From Bacilli bacterium (GTDB lineage Bacteria > Bacillota_I > Bacilli_A > RF39 > UBA660), in NCBI GenBank assembly GCA_017544165.1, contig JAFYER010000012.1:67401-131400 (forward strand): 64,000 bases of DNA, read 5' to 3'. The position numbers and the translations under genes are program-made. The notes under the pieces were generated by a model. It was not told the DNA's origin and did no database searches. It saw nothing but the letters and a program-made list of their open reading frames with translations. Shown one piece after another: positions 35,296-44,516 of this stretch; the stretch's first letter is position 1; every line of letters starts with the position of its first letter.

Positions 35296-37044
35296 ATGCT
35301 AGGGAAAATTTATCAAATAAGCGACAATAACATTTATATTTCATTAAGCGTTGATGCCTACAGTATTCAAAACTTAATGAACTTATATGTTTTGATGCAA
35401 GATTCTACTGGTAGTTATATCGGAGAAATCGTCGATGTTAATCAAAATAAAGCAACGATTAACATGCTTGGCGAATATATAAACGGCAATCTAGTATATG
35501 GTTTTATTAAAAGACCTTCGTTTAATGCTAAAATTGATTTGATATCACCCAACTTTATTCAAAATTTAATTGGTAATTATATTGATGAGAATCATAGTCT
35601 GCTCATCGGCAATTCCCCTTTTTATGAAGACGTCAAAATTTACGCAAATATTAATTATCTATTTGGATCACATATGGCTCTTTTCGGAGTAACTGGTTCT
35701 GGTAAATCTTGCGGTTTTGCAAGTATTATGCAAAAATTAATCAATAAAAGAAATTTGTCAGAAAATATGAACATTATCATATTTGATGCTTATGGCGAAT
35801 ATCATGATGCTTTTAACATTGAAAATAATAATAAATATTCCTTTAAAGCTTATACATCAGGAGTTCATGAACAAGATGAAAAAATATGCATTCCTCCTTG
35901 GCTTTTAGATGTTGACGATTACGCTATTTTACTCGAAGTAACCAGTTCTCATCAACTTACAATAATTGAAAAAGCTTTAAGAAATGTTAATTTATTTAAA
36001 AATCCTAATGGTAAAGTTGTTAAATATAAAAATAGTATTATTGCTTCCGCTTTACTAGACATTTTATTAAGTGGTAGACCTGCTCCTCAAATAAGAGATC
36101 AAATCGTTTCTGCCCTATCAAAATTTAATACTGATATTTTAAATCTTGAAAGCATAATTGCTCAGCCAGGATATAACCGAACTTTAAGACAATGCCTTTT
36201 AATAGACGATAATAATAAAATAAACGCTATTGAACTTATTGCTGCTTTCTTTCAAAGCTTTATTGTCGATGAAATGATAAGCACTTTACCAGATGGTTCA
36301 TATGAATACTCACTTCGCGATTTTGCTGATGCCTTAGAATTTGCTTTAATAAGCGAAGGTATTTGGAAAAGTGAAAAGATTTTTGATGAAGCAAATATTT
36401 TAAAGGTTAGAATTGAATCTCTTCTTAATAGTGAAAATAGTACATTATTTAATTATCAAGGTTTAATATCTATCGAAGATTATATTAAAAGACTATTTAC
36501 TGACAAGTTTGGAAAAAAAGCCCAAATTGTTAATATAAGTATTGATTCTCTTGATGATCGTTTTGCTAAAACCATTGTTAAAATCTTTTCGAAATTATTA
36601 TTTAATTATGCTAAAAGTCTTACAAATAGGGCTTCTACACCATTTAACATTATTTTAGAGGAAGCCCATCGCTATGTCCAAAATGATAGTGATGTTGAAA
36701 TACTTGGCTATAATATATTTGAAAGAATTTCTAAGGAAGGAAGAAAATACGGAGTTTTACTTGGTCTTATTTCACAAAGGCCAAATGAATTATCGTCTAC
36801 ATGTTTAAGTCAATGTAACAACTTTTTTCTTTTCCGAATGACCCACCCAGTTGATGTTGATTATTTATCCAAAGCTATACCTAACATAACCTCACAAATT
36901 ATTAACGAAATGAAAACAGTTCCACCAGGACATGCTATAGTTTTTGGTAATGCTTTCAAAATGCCTACTTTAGTAAAACTAGAATTACCTAATCCAATTC
37001 CTAATAGTAGCAATACGCAAATTGATAATATATGGTTTGAGTAA
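35296..37044 (+). CDS. HerA/FtsK-superfamily ATPase (DUF87-type) with N-terminal HAS-barrel-like domain
   Basis: Walker A motif FGVTGSGKS, Walker B motif FNIILEEAHRYV, and KEGRKYGVLLGLISQRPNELSSTCLSQCNNFFLFRM, typical of HerA/DUF87. Start set at ATG 35296 after AAGGGTGA. Confidence 0.72.
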   Translation: MLGKIYQISDNNIYISLSVDAYSIQNLMNLYVLMQDSTGSYIGEIVDVNQNKATINMLGEYINGNLVYGFIKRPSFNAKIDLISPNFIQNLIGNYIDENHSLLIGNSPFYEDVKIYANINYLFGSHMALFGVTGSGKSCGFASIMQKLINKRNLSENMNIIIFDAYGEYHDAFNIENNNKYSFKAYTSGVHEQDEKICIPPWLLDVDDYAILLEVTSSHQLTIIEKALRNVNLFKNPNGKVVKYKNSIIASALLDILLSGRPAPQIRDQIVSALSKFNTDILNLESIIAQPGYNRTLRQCLLIDDNNKINAIELIAAFFQSFIVDEMISTLPDGSYEYSLRDFADALEFALISEGIWKSEKIFDEANILKVRIESLLNSENSTLFNYQGLISIEDYIKRLFTDKFGKKAQIVNISIDSLDDRFAKTIVKIFSKLLFNYAKSLTNRASTPFNIILEEAHRYVQNDSDVEILGYNIFERISKEGRKYGVLLGLISQRPNELSSTCLSQCNNFFLFRMTHPVDVDYLSKAIPNITSQIINEMKTVPPGHAIVFGNAFKMPTLVKLELPNPIPNSSNTQIDNIWFE

Positions 37045-37085
37045 TTGATTTAGTTTGATATAATATTATTTATAAAGGTGGTATT

Positions 37086-37454
37086 ATGGATTGTATTTTT
37101 TGTGAAATTGCTAAGAAAAATATTCCTAGCAAATGTATTTATGAAGATGAAATCATCACAGCTATAATGGATATTAAACCTATATGTGATGGACATATAA
37201 TGATTATTCCTAAAGATCATTATGAAACAGTTTTTGACGTTCCTAAAGATATTTTAAATCACATGTATGATGTTGCTCAAAAACTTACGCCAGTACTTAT
37301 GAAAGCATTAAACGAAGATGGTATGACCTTCTCTATTAATTATGGTTCTATGCAAGAAATCAAACATTTACACTTGCATTTATTACCTAATTTTAAAAAA
37401 AGTCCTTTGAAGACAATTGATGAAGTATATGATTCAATTATGGAGAATATGTAA
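37086..37454 (+). CDS. HIT-family (histidine triad) nucleotide hydrolase
   Basis: CIFCEI...HIMIIPK... and the histidine triad HLHLHLLP. Confidence 0.85.
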   Translation: MDCIFCEIAKKNIPSKCIYEDEIITAIMDIKPICDGHIMIIPKDHYETVFDVPKDILNHMYDVAQKLTPVLMKALNEDGMTFSINYGSMQEIKHLHLHLLPNFKKSPLKTIDEVYDSIMENM

Positions 37455-38749
37455 TGGCCAAATTTAGATTAAAGAAGAAAGCAAGAGTTTTTATTATTTT
37501 ATGCGTTTTAGTTTTTGCTATCACAATTGCTTTAGTTAGCATTTTTAGCGATAATTCAATAAAATTTGATGTTAAAAATAAAATTAGCGGCAAAGCAAAG
37601 AATAAAGAAGTTTGGCCCAAGATATCTAAATTATCATTAGTAGCCACAGGTGATGCCCTACTTCATAATTCTGTTTATATTGATGCTTATAATCGGCAAA
37701 CCGAAACATTTGATTTTTCCAAACAAATTGAATTTGTTAAAGAAGCTATTAAAGATTATGATATAAAGTATTATAATCAAGAATCTGTTTTCGGAGGTAA
37801 ACAACCTGATATTTATCCTGACGATAGTGCTTTAGAAATTAGAGGATATCATTCATTCCCATTTAATAGCCCTAGTGAGTTTGGTGATGCTATGATAGAT
37901 GCAGGATTTAATATGGTTTCTCTTGCTTCCAATCATAGTGCTGATTGCAAAACAAAAGCTAAAGAATGTATTTTAAATTCATATGATTATTGGAGCAAAC
38001 AAGAAGGTGTTGTTTTTGATGGATTTAATCCTGATGAAAATCACACTAATAATTATATAATAGCAGAAAAAAATGGTATTACTTACACAATGCTTAACTA
38101 TACAACTGATTTAAATGGTTGGGAAGGATATGTAAGAGGAAACGAATGGCTTGTTGACTTATACGACGAAGAGAAAGTTAAACAAGATATTGAAGAAGTA
38201 CGGGATAAAGTTGATGTTTTGATTGTTGCTATGCATTGGCATCATTTAAAAAATCACACAGCAAGTCCAGAATATTCTTTTACTGTTACTGATGTTAATA
38301 AAGAAATTGCTCAGTACTTATCTTCACTTGGTGTTGATATTATCTTAGGAACATACTCCCATTGTCTTCAACCATTCGATATTATTAATGAAGGAAAAAC
38401 AGTAGTATTCTACTCTCTTGGTAACTTTATTTCAAATCAAGGTGTATTGTTAAATAGCATTGGTTACAAAGGAATTATGGGTGTCCTTGCTTCAATGGAT
38501 ATAACTAAAACTTTATATGAAGATGGAACAAAAGAAATAAAAGTTGACAATCTTGGTGCTGAATTATTATATACTTATAGTAGTGATAAGAATTTTAATA
38601 CTTATTATGCTAAAAATCATAAAGTAATACCATTTAGTAAAATGAATGAAACATATGACAGCAAATATGTAGAGTTATATAATGATTATTCAGAGGTACT
38701 TACTAGTTTAAATAAAAACATAACTATTAAACCTTTACCTGCAAACTAA
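37454..38749 (+). CDS. CapA-family (PGA_cap metallophosphatase-like) membrane-anchored protein
   Basis: N-terminal TM segment, then LVATGDALLH, SLASNHSAD and VAMHWH motifs consistent with the CapA/YwtB family. Confidence 0.68.
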   Translation: MAKFRLKKKARVFIILCVLVFAITIALVSIFSDNSIKFDVKNKISGKAKNKEVWPKISKLSLVATGDALLHNSVYIDAYNRQTETFDFSKQIEFVKEAIKDYDIKYYNQESVFGGKQPDIYPDDSALEIRGYHSFPFNSPSEFGDAMIDAGFNMVSLASNHSADCKTKAKECILNSYDYWSKQEGVVFDGFNPDENHTNNYIIAEKNGITYTMLNYTTDLNGWEGYVRGNEWLVDLYDEEKVKQDIEEVRDKVDVLIVAMHWHHLKNHTASPEYSFTVTDVNKEIAQYLSSLGVDIILGTYSHCLQPFDIINEGKTVVFYSLGNFISNQGVLLNSIGYKGIMGVLASMDITKTLYEDGTKEIKVDNLGAELLYTYSSDKNFNTYYAKNHKVIPFSKMNETYDSKYVELYNDYSEVLTSLNKNITIKPLPAN

Positions 38750-38777
38750 AAAAGAAAGCAAATACTTTCTTTTTTTA
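38747..38777. terminator. Bidirectional intrinsic terminator
   Basis: Stem agaaag(38753-38758)/ctttct(38765-38770) flanked by an A-run and T6. Confidence 0.6.
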
Positions 38778-38897
38778 ATATCTTGTTCCACCAAGAACAA
38801 TCGCAAGTAAAATAAAAACTATTAATACAATAAAAGCATAGTTGACATTATTACCTTGTTGTTCTTGAGGATTATTTTTTTTACGACAGCAACTCAT
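38775..38897 (-). CDS. YjcZ-like tiny sporulation membrane protein (40 aa; not in the ORF track)
   Basis: Minus strand encodes MSCCRKKNNPQEQQGNNVNYAFIVLIVFILLAIVLGGTRY, with a GGGAGG SD 5 nt upstream. The FIVLIVFILLAIV core is as in the YjcZ family. Confidence 0.55.
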   Translation of the reverse strand: MSCCRKKNNPQEQQGNNVNYAFIVLIVFILLAIVLGGTRY

Positions 38898-38907
38898 AAA
38901 TGCCTCC

Positions 38908-38994
38908 CTAGATATATGCTCCGACAATGATTATAAGTAGTATAAATAATACAAGTATGATAGCGGCACCTAAACCATTTGAACAATTATTCAT
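38908..38994 (-). CDS. YjcZ-like tiny sporulation membrane protein (28 aa; not in the ORF track)
   Basis: Minus strand encodes MNNCSNGLGAAIILVLFILLIIIVGAYI, with AAAGGAGG 8 nt upstream. LVLFILLIIVG is the hallmark of the Bacillus YjcZ family. Confidence 0.6.
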   Translation of the reverse strand: MNNCSNGLGAAIILVLFILLIIIVGAYI

Positions 38995-39064
38995 AAATTT
39001 GATTCCTCCTTTTTGTCTTTTCATAATATTAAATGCTAAAACTTGATATTTGTTCTTGTTTTAA

Positions 39065-39093
39065 TTGTTTTTTACAATTGATGTTGCTATAAT
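39065..39093 (+). promoter_or_regulatory. Sigma-A promoter of prsA with extended -10
   Basis: TTGTTT (39065-39070), a 17-nt spacer ending in TGc, then TATAAT (39088-39093). Confidence 0.6.
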
Positions 39094-39114
39094 AAAGGTT
39101 ATGGAGGATTTAAC

Positions 39115-40134
39115 ATGAAGAAAAAAATATGTTGTTTGTTTTTAATTACCCTACTTGCTACAGGTTGTGGTAAAATACCAAAATTAGAAAATGGAAAGGA
39201 TGCTGTTGTATCATTTAATAATGATGAAAAAATTAGTGTAGATGATTTATATAATAATCTTAAAGATACTTATGGGTTATCAAGCTTAGTTGTCATGATT
39301 GATACTTATGTTCTTGAAAAGACATTTGATGACTACATTGATACCGCTCATGAATATGCTAAAAGCTATATTACTACAATCAGAGAGAATTTTGAATCTG
39401 AAGAGGCTTTTTTACAAGCATTAAGTCAAAACTTAGGAATTCAATCAGTTGAAGCTTATGAAAATCAAATATATTTAAGTTATATGCAAACTCATGCCGC
39501 TGAGGAATATGCTAGATTACAAATAACTGACAAACAAATCGAAGATTATTATGAAAATGAAGTTGTTGGTGATATTGAAATAAGTCATATCTTAATTACT
39601 CCAGAAGTAACTGATGAAATGACGGATGAAGAAAAAAGTGCAGCTGAGGAAACTGCTAAAGCTGAAGCAAGGGAAATAATTAATACTTTAAAAAATACTG
39701 ACAAAGATAAAATCGCGGATACTTTCAAAGAACTTGCTAAAGAACATTCTGATGATGCGGCAACTAAAGATAACGGTGGTTCTTTAGGCCGAATTAATAA
39801 GAATACTCTAAGTAGTAAATATAATGACTTAGTTGAAACAGCTTATGATTTAGAGGACGGCGAATTTGCTACTACTTTTGTTACAACCGAACTTGGTTAT
39901 CATGTTATTCTAAGAACAAAATCTTATGAAAAAGATACTTTAAAAAAAGCTAAAGATAGTATTATTAAGGTTTTAAGTGAAGAATATATGAATTCAGAAG
40001 CTGGAATCACTATTAAAGCATTACAACATTATCGTAAAGAGCTAGGCATGGAAATCCATGATAGTGAACTTGATAAATTATATTCAAATTATGTTCAAAA
40101 TCAACTAGCTAATGCATTAAATACACAAAATTAA
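39115..40134 (+). CDS. prsA: Foldase lipoprotein PrsA (parvulin-type peptidyl-prolyl isomerase)
   Basis: Lipobox LLATGC and parvulin core ISHILI...GGSLGRI...GYHVIL. Confidence 0.8.
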   Translation: MKKKICCLFLITLLATGCGKIPKLENGKDAVVSFNNDEKISVDDLYNNLKDTYGLSSLVVMIDTYVLEKTFDDYIDTAHEYAKSYITTIRENFESEEAFLQALSQNLGIQSVEAYENQIYLSYMQTHAAEEYARLQITDKQIEDYYENEVVGDIEISHILITPEVTDEMTDEEKSAAEETAKAEAREIINTLKNTDKDKIADTFKELAKEHSDDAATKDNGGSLGRINKNTLSSKYNDLVETAYDLEDGEFATTFVTTELGYHVILRTKSYEKDTLKKAKDSIIKVLSEEYMNSEAGITIKALQHYRKELGMEIHDSELDKLYSNYVQNQLANALNTQN

Positions 40135-40158
40135 AAGCTATCAATTGATAGCTTTTTT
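40133..40158. terminator. Bidirectional intrinsic terminator
   Basis: Palindrome aaagctatca-at-tgatagcttt followed by a T-run. It lies between convergent prsA and recX. Confidence 0.7.
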
Positions 40159-40900
40159 AAATGTTTGAAACATCATATCCTAAAGAATATAATTTTTGTT
40201 TAATCATTATCTCTAGTTTATCACCACTATACTTTTTAGATAGTTTATTTTTATATTTCTGATATTCTTTTTTAATGCTTGCTTCATCAGAATAATCTAT
40301 ATTTTTTAAACTATATCCATAATGAGTTTCATTATATCCCATATTATTTAAATCAATTTTTAGTTTTTGAATCAGTTTATTTTTAGAAATATTTCGAGCC
40401 ATTTTAATCTTTTTAGCAATTATTTTCTCTACCCTTTCTTGCCAATTAATATCTATACCATCTAAGTACATATCTATATTTTCTTCTTTAAAGGACATTT
40501 TACTTAAATTATATTTAATTTTAAAAGGGCCATTTAAGGTAAGATTGATTTGATCATTGATATAACTTTTAAGATAATCTTCGTCATTAAGATAACCCTT
40601 TTCATATAACTGATTTATTATTTTATCAGCGCTTTTCTTACTTACATGCAAAGATGAAAGTTTATTTCTAATTTCTTTTTCAGTTCTCTTTTTAAAAGTA
40701 ATGAAATTTATACATTTTTGATAGGCATCATAATAACTATTTGTATTGATTAGATTCATATAGGTATCGGAGTCTATTTCCATCGGTTTTAAAATATTTA
40801 ATTTCAAAAGCACATCACCTAAAATGATATGCTTTTTTTCATCAATAATTAAAGTATATTTATTATTTCCTGTTTGTTTAATTGAGGTAATATTTTTCAT
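40157..40900 (-). CDS. recX: RecX-family regulatory protein
   Basis: Three-helix repeat pattern (KRTEKEIRNKL..., ADKIINQLYEKGYLNDEDY) and a size similar to Firmicute RecX. Confidence 0.6.
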   Translation of the reverse strand: MKNITSIKQTGNNKYTLIIDEKKHIILGDVLLKLNILKPMEIDSDTYMNLINTNSYYDAYQKCINFITFKKRTEKEIRNKLSSLHVSKKSADKIINQLYEKGYLNDEDYLKSYINDQINLTLNGPFKIKYNLSKMSFKEENIDMYLDGIDINWQERVEKIIAKKIKMARNISKNKLIQKLKIDLNNMGYNETHYGYSLKNIDYSDEASIKKEYQKYKNKLSKKYSGDKLEIMIKQKLYSLGYDVSNI

Positions 40901-41919
40901 TGTTCTTCCCGGTCTAAATATTTTTCACAAGCTGCATCTAAATCCTTGAATAAGGCTTCGACATCACTTTTTTTAGCAATGCGAGCGCCTGCTGCGTAAT
41001 TATGTCCCCCACCATTATATTTATTGGCTATTTCATTTATAACGGGGCCACGACTGCGAATATTAGCTTTATAAACTTCATTTCGATCATCATATGTAAC
41101 AAAACACCAAGCAATTAATTCTTTAATAAAATGAAAATTATTGACAATAATCGAAGCAGTTGAATTATCAACACCATATTCGTCTATTATATTACTATCT
41201 ATTAAAATATAACCAAAACCATTATCAGTTAAAGTTAAATTATTAATGACATATGCTTCGAATTTACACTCTTTTAAACTTTTTTCATATAAATTGTCGT
41301 ATAAAGAAGTAAAATCTAAATTAAAATCCTTAATTAGTTTTAACACGACCTCGAATGTATGTGGTCTAGTATTTTTAAATAAGAATCTTTCACTATCAGA
41401 GATAATACCATAAAAAAGATTTTCGGCAATTGTTTTGTCAATTTGTAAACGCGTATTATAGATAATATCCGCTACCATTTCCGCGGCAGAAGAATAATCA
41501 CTTGAAGTAAAATCAACTGTTCCGACAATATCCTCGGCAGGATGATGATCAATTTTTAAAACGGCATCAAAAGTAAAGTCCTCGATGCCATCTACCCTAA
41601 AATAATTGGGAACATCTAAAACAATCAAAAGAGCACTAGTTATACTATTAGGATCTACTTTATCAAGATTTCCTAAGTATTTAAACTTACTAACTCCGGC
41701 ACCAATAGCATAAACTTTTTTGTTTGGAAACGTCAGTCTAATTGAATCTCTTAGAGCTATTTGCGTTCCAATAGCATCTGGATCAGGGCTAATATGTCTA
41801 GCAATGATGATTTGATCATAATTTTTAATTATTTTATAAATTTGCCTATAAATCTCCTTATTTATGGTAATCTCCTTCTTTCTATTCAGCCATTTTAAAT
41901 TCGTATGTATCAAGAGCAA
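40897..41919 (-). CDS. nrnA: DHH/DHHA1 phosphoesterase NrnA (oligoribonuclease / pAp phosphatase)
   Basis: ARHISPDPDAIG, KIDHHP (DHH) and GGGHNYAAGA (DHHA1) motifs. The tracked start is a TTG that overlaps ackA by 38 nt, so the true start is uncertain. Confidence 0.8.
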   Translation of the reverse strand: MLLIHTNLKWLNRKKEITINKEIYRQIYKIIKNYDQIIIARHISPDPDAIGTQIALRDSIRLTFPNKKVYAIGAGVSKFKYLGNLDKVDPNSITSALLIVLDVPNYFRVDGIEDFTFDAVLKIDHHPAEDIVGTVDFTSSDYSSAAEMVADIIYNTRLQIDKTIAENLFYGIISDSERFLFKNTRPHTFEVVLKLIKDFNLDFTSLYDNLYEKSLKECKFEAYVINNLTLTDNGFGYILIDSNIIDEYGVDNSTASIIVNNFHFIKELIAWCFVTYDDRNEVYKANIRSRGPVINEIANKYNGGGHNYAAGARIAKKSDVEALFKDLDAACEKYLDREEQ

Positions 41920-43066
41920 TCATTAATTCTTCATTAGTTGGAATTACGTATACTGGTATTTTACTATCCTCAGTCGTAATACATCTAAATTCACCACGGA
42001 AATCATTTTTACTTTCATCAAGTTTAACTCCTAAAGAAGCAATGTTTTCAAGAATTAATTTACGTGATAAACAACTGTTTTCACCAACGCCAGCCGTTAA
42101 AACAATAGCATCAGCACCATTTAACATATTATTATACATTGCAATATAATTAGCTATTTTTTGAATATACATTTTTTGGGATAAAATAGCTCTTTCATTA
42201 CCCTGTTCAACAGCGGCCTCAATATCTCTTGAATCGGAAGAAACACCGCTTATTCCTAAATAACCGCTTTTCTTGTTTAATTCATTAGTTATTTCACCAA
42301 TTGTTTTACCAGTTTTATTAACCATATATTCAAGAATACTTGGGTCAATATCACCGCATCTAGTTCCCATCATAATACCTGCAAGTGGGGTAAATCCCAT
42401 TGAGGTCTCAATAACTTTACCTGAATCAATAGCAGTTATACTTCCACCATTTCCTATATGACATGTAATAACTTTTAAATCATCACGATTTAAATATTTA
42501 CAAATTTCCCCGTAAACAAAACGGTGAGAAGTTCCATGGAAACCATATCTTCTTACGCCATATTTTTCATACCATTCATAAGGTACAGGATATAAGAAGT
42601 GATCCATTTCCATTGTTTGATGAAATGCTGTATCAAAAACACCAACATTTATTGCATGAGGAAGCTTTTTCATAAATACTTCGACACCTAAAAGATTGGC
42701 TGGATTATGAAGTGGTCCAAGTTCATTATATTTAGAAATTCTCTTGACAACTTCTTCATCAAGCACAACTGGTTTACTAAATTCAGCACCACCATGCAAA
42801 ATTCGATGGCCTACTCCCTCGATTTCCTCAAGGTCTTTAACTATACCTAATTCAATTAAATCATTCATTAAACATTCAACTGCTACTGAATGATCTGGAA
42901 GTGGTACTTCCTTAACTATTTTTTCACCATTATACTTTATTGTATATAAACTACCATCAATGCCAATTTTTTCAAATAATCCACTGGCAATGACTTCTTT
43001 CTCTGGCAATTCAAATAATGTAAATTTTAAAGATGAACTACCAGCATTAATTGATATAATTTTCAT
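41882..43066 (-). CDS. ackA: Acetate kinase
   Basis: MKIISINAGSSSLKF, GFHGTSH and PTNEELMIA motifs. Start set at ATG 43066 after the GAGGTGA SD. Confidence 0.95.
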   Translation of the reverse strand: MKIISINAGSSSLKFTLFELPEKEVIASGLFEKIGIDGSLYTIKYNGEKIVKEVPLPDHSVAVECLMNDLIELGIVKDLEEIEGVGHRILHGGAEFSKPVVLDEEVVKRISKYNELGPLHNPANLLGVEVFMKKLPHAINVGVFDTAFHQTMEMDHFLYPVPYEWYEKYGVRRYGFHGTSHRFVYGEICKYLNRDDLKVITCHIGNGGSITAIDSGKVIETSMGFTPLAGIMMGTRCGDIDPSILEYMVNKTGKTIGEITNELNKKSGYLGISGVSSDSRDIEAAVEQGNERAILSQKMYIQKIANYIAMYNNMLNGADAIVLTAGVGENSCLSRKLILENIASLGVKLDESKNDFRGEFRCITTEDSKIPVYVIPTNEELMIALDTYEFKMAE

Positions 43067-43325
43067 TTCTTTCACCTCAAATATCATTATACAAAAAAAA
43101 AGCCATTTTGACTATCTTTTTGGCTTTTCTTTTAGATTATTTTGATTAGTATAACAAAAATCTTTATAATGACTATCATCAGTTTTACGACTTGCTAATA
43201 AATTGTATCCATAATCGTTAAAATATTCCTCTTTTAACTTTTGAAAACTATTAACAATAAACAAATCACAAGCTTTATAATACTTTTTCTTTATCATATT
43301 ATTATGATAGTCAAATATCTAAAAA

Positions 43326-44516
43326 TTATAACAAATCTTCATATTTCTTTTCATCATCATTTTCATTAATCAAAATTACTTGATGACTCTTTATCGCTTC
43401 GAACATTAACGTTTTAAAATCAACTAACTTTTCATATTCATAAACCAAATTTAAATCCGGATAAATAACAGGATGATCAGGAACAAATATCGTGCAGCAA
43501 TCCTCATATGGTTCAATGCTTGTTTCATAGGTTCCGATTTTTTTAGCTAAATCAATTATTTCTAGCTTATCATAAGTACATACTGGTCTTATAACTGGCA
43601 TTCTAATAGCTTCATTGATTACTTGCATACTTTTAAGAGTTTGACTGGCTACTTGGCCAATACTTTCACCATTAATGATGACATGGGCATTAACATTGCT
43701 AGCTACAAGAGCACTTATCTGATACATCATCCGTCTCATTATCGTTATTAAATAATAATTTGGTATGTTTTTAATTATTTCCTCTTGGATCTTTGTAAAA
43801 TTAATTACATGCAGTCTTATTTCACCATTATATTTAGTTAAAATCTTAGCTAAATCTTTGACTTTTTTTAAAGCCATTTGACTAGTATGAGGTGGCGAAT
43901 CAAAATAAATTGCTTCGATTTTAACCCCTCTTTTGATGGCAAGATACCCCGCAACAGGCGAATCTATTCCTCCACTTAACATCAAAAGACCTTTACCCAT
44001 CGAAGAAGTTGGATAGCCCCCTAAACCTTTTTCACCATCATTAAAGTAAACAAGGACTTCACCAAGTCTTATTTCCACATTAATAATTAACTCAGGATTA
44101 TGAACATCAACCTTTTTACCATTTAAATTCTTAAGAATGTATGCTCCCACAATTCTTGATACTTCAGGACTTTTAATCGGATATTTCTTATCACTTCTTT
44201 TAGTTTCAACTTTAAATGTTGAAAAATCTTTTTCTTTGGCAAGTTCTAAAGCTTTTTCATTGATGAAATCAATATCTTTTTCCTTAAATAAATAGCCAAT
44301 AACTATCTCATGAATACCAAATACTTCTTTGATTTTATCTACACTATTTTCAAAATCATCAGTATAAATAAGCATTCTGCCATAATCATATTTTATTTCA
44401 TGTTCGATATTACTTAATTTTTTATCAATATTATTCTTTAATGTCTTTAAAAAAAAGTTAATATTATCACTCTTAGTCGATAATTCCCCATATTTAATAA
44501 TAATTACTTTTTTCAT
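43326..44516 (-). CDS. thiI: tRNA 4-thiouridine(8) synthase ThiI
   Basis: N-terminal ferredoxin-like and THUMP regions, and PP-loop LSGGIDSPVA. Confidence 0.9.
   Translation of the reverse strand: MKKVIIIKYGELSTKSDNINFFLKTLKNNIDKKLSNIEHEIKYDYGRMLIYTDDFENSVDKIKEVFGIHEIVIGYLFKEKDIDFINEKALELAKEKDFSTFKVETKRSDKKYPIKSPEVSRIVGAYILKNLNGKKVDVHNPELIINVEIRLGEVLVYFNDGEKGLGGYPTSSMGKGLLMLSGGIDSPVAGYLAIKRGVKIEAIYFDSPPHTSQMALKKVKDLAKILTKYNGEIRLHVINFTKIQEEIIKNIPNYYLITIMRRMMYQISALVASNVNAHVIINGESIGQVASQTLKSMQVINEAIRMPVIRPVCTYDKLEIIDLAKKIGTYETSIEPYEDCCTIFVPDHPVIYPDLNLVYEYEKLVDFKTLMFEAIKSHQVILINENDDEKKYEDLL

Noticed and set aside
43112-43297. 61-aa ORF between thiI and ackA
   Set aside because: It has no SD, a Lys/Tyr/Asn-rich low-complexity translation and no recognisable motif. 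A hairpin (aaagcca...tggcttt, 43099-43126) overlaps its 3' end. It is probably non-coding spacer, so it is not listed as a feature.
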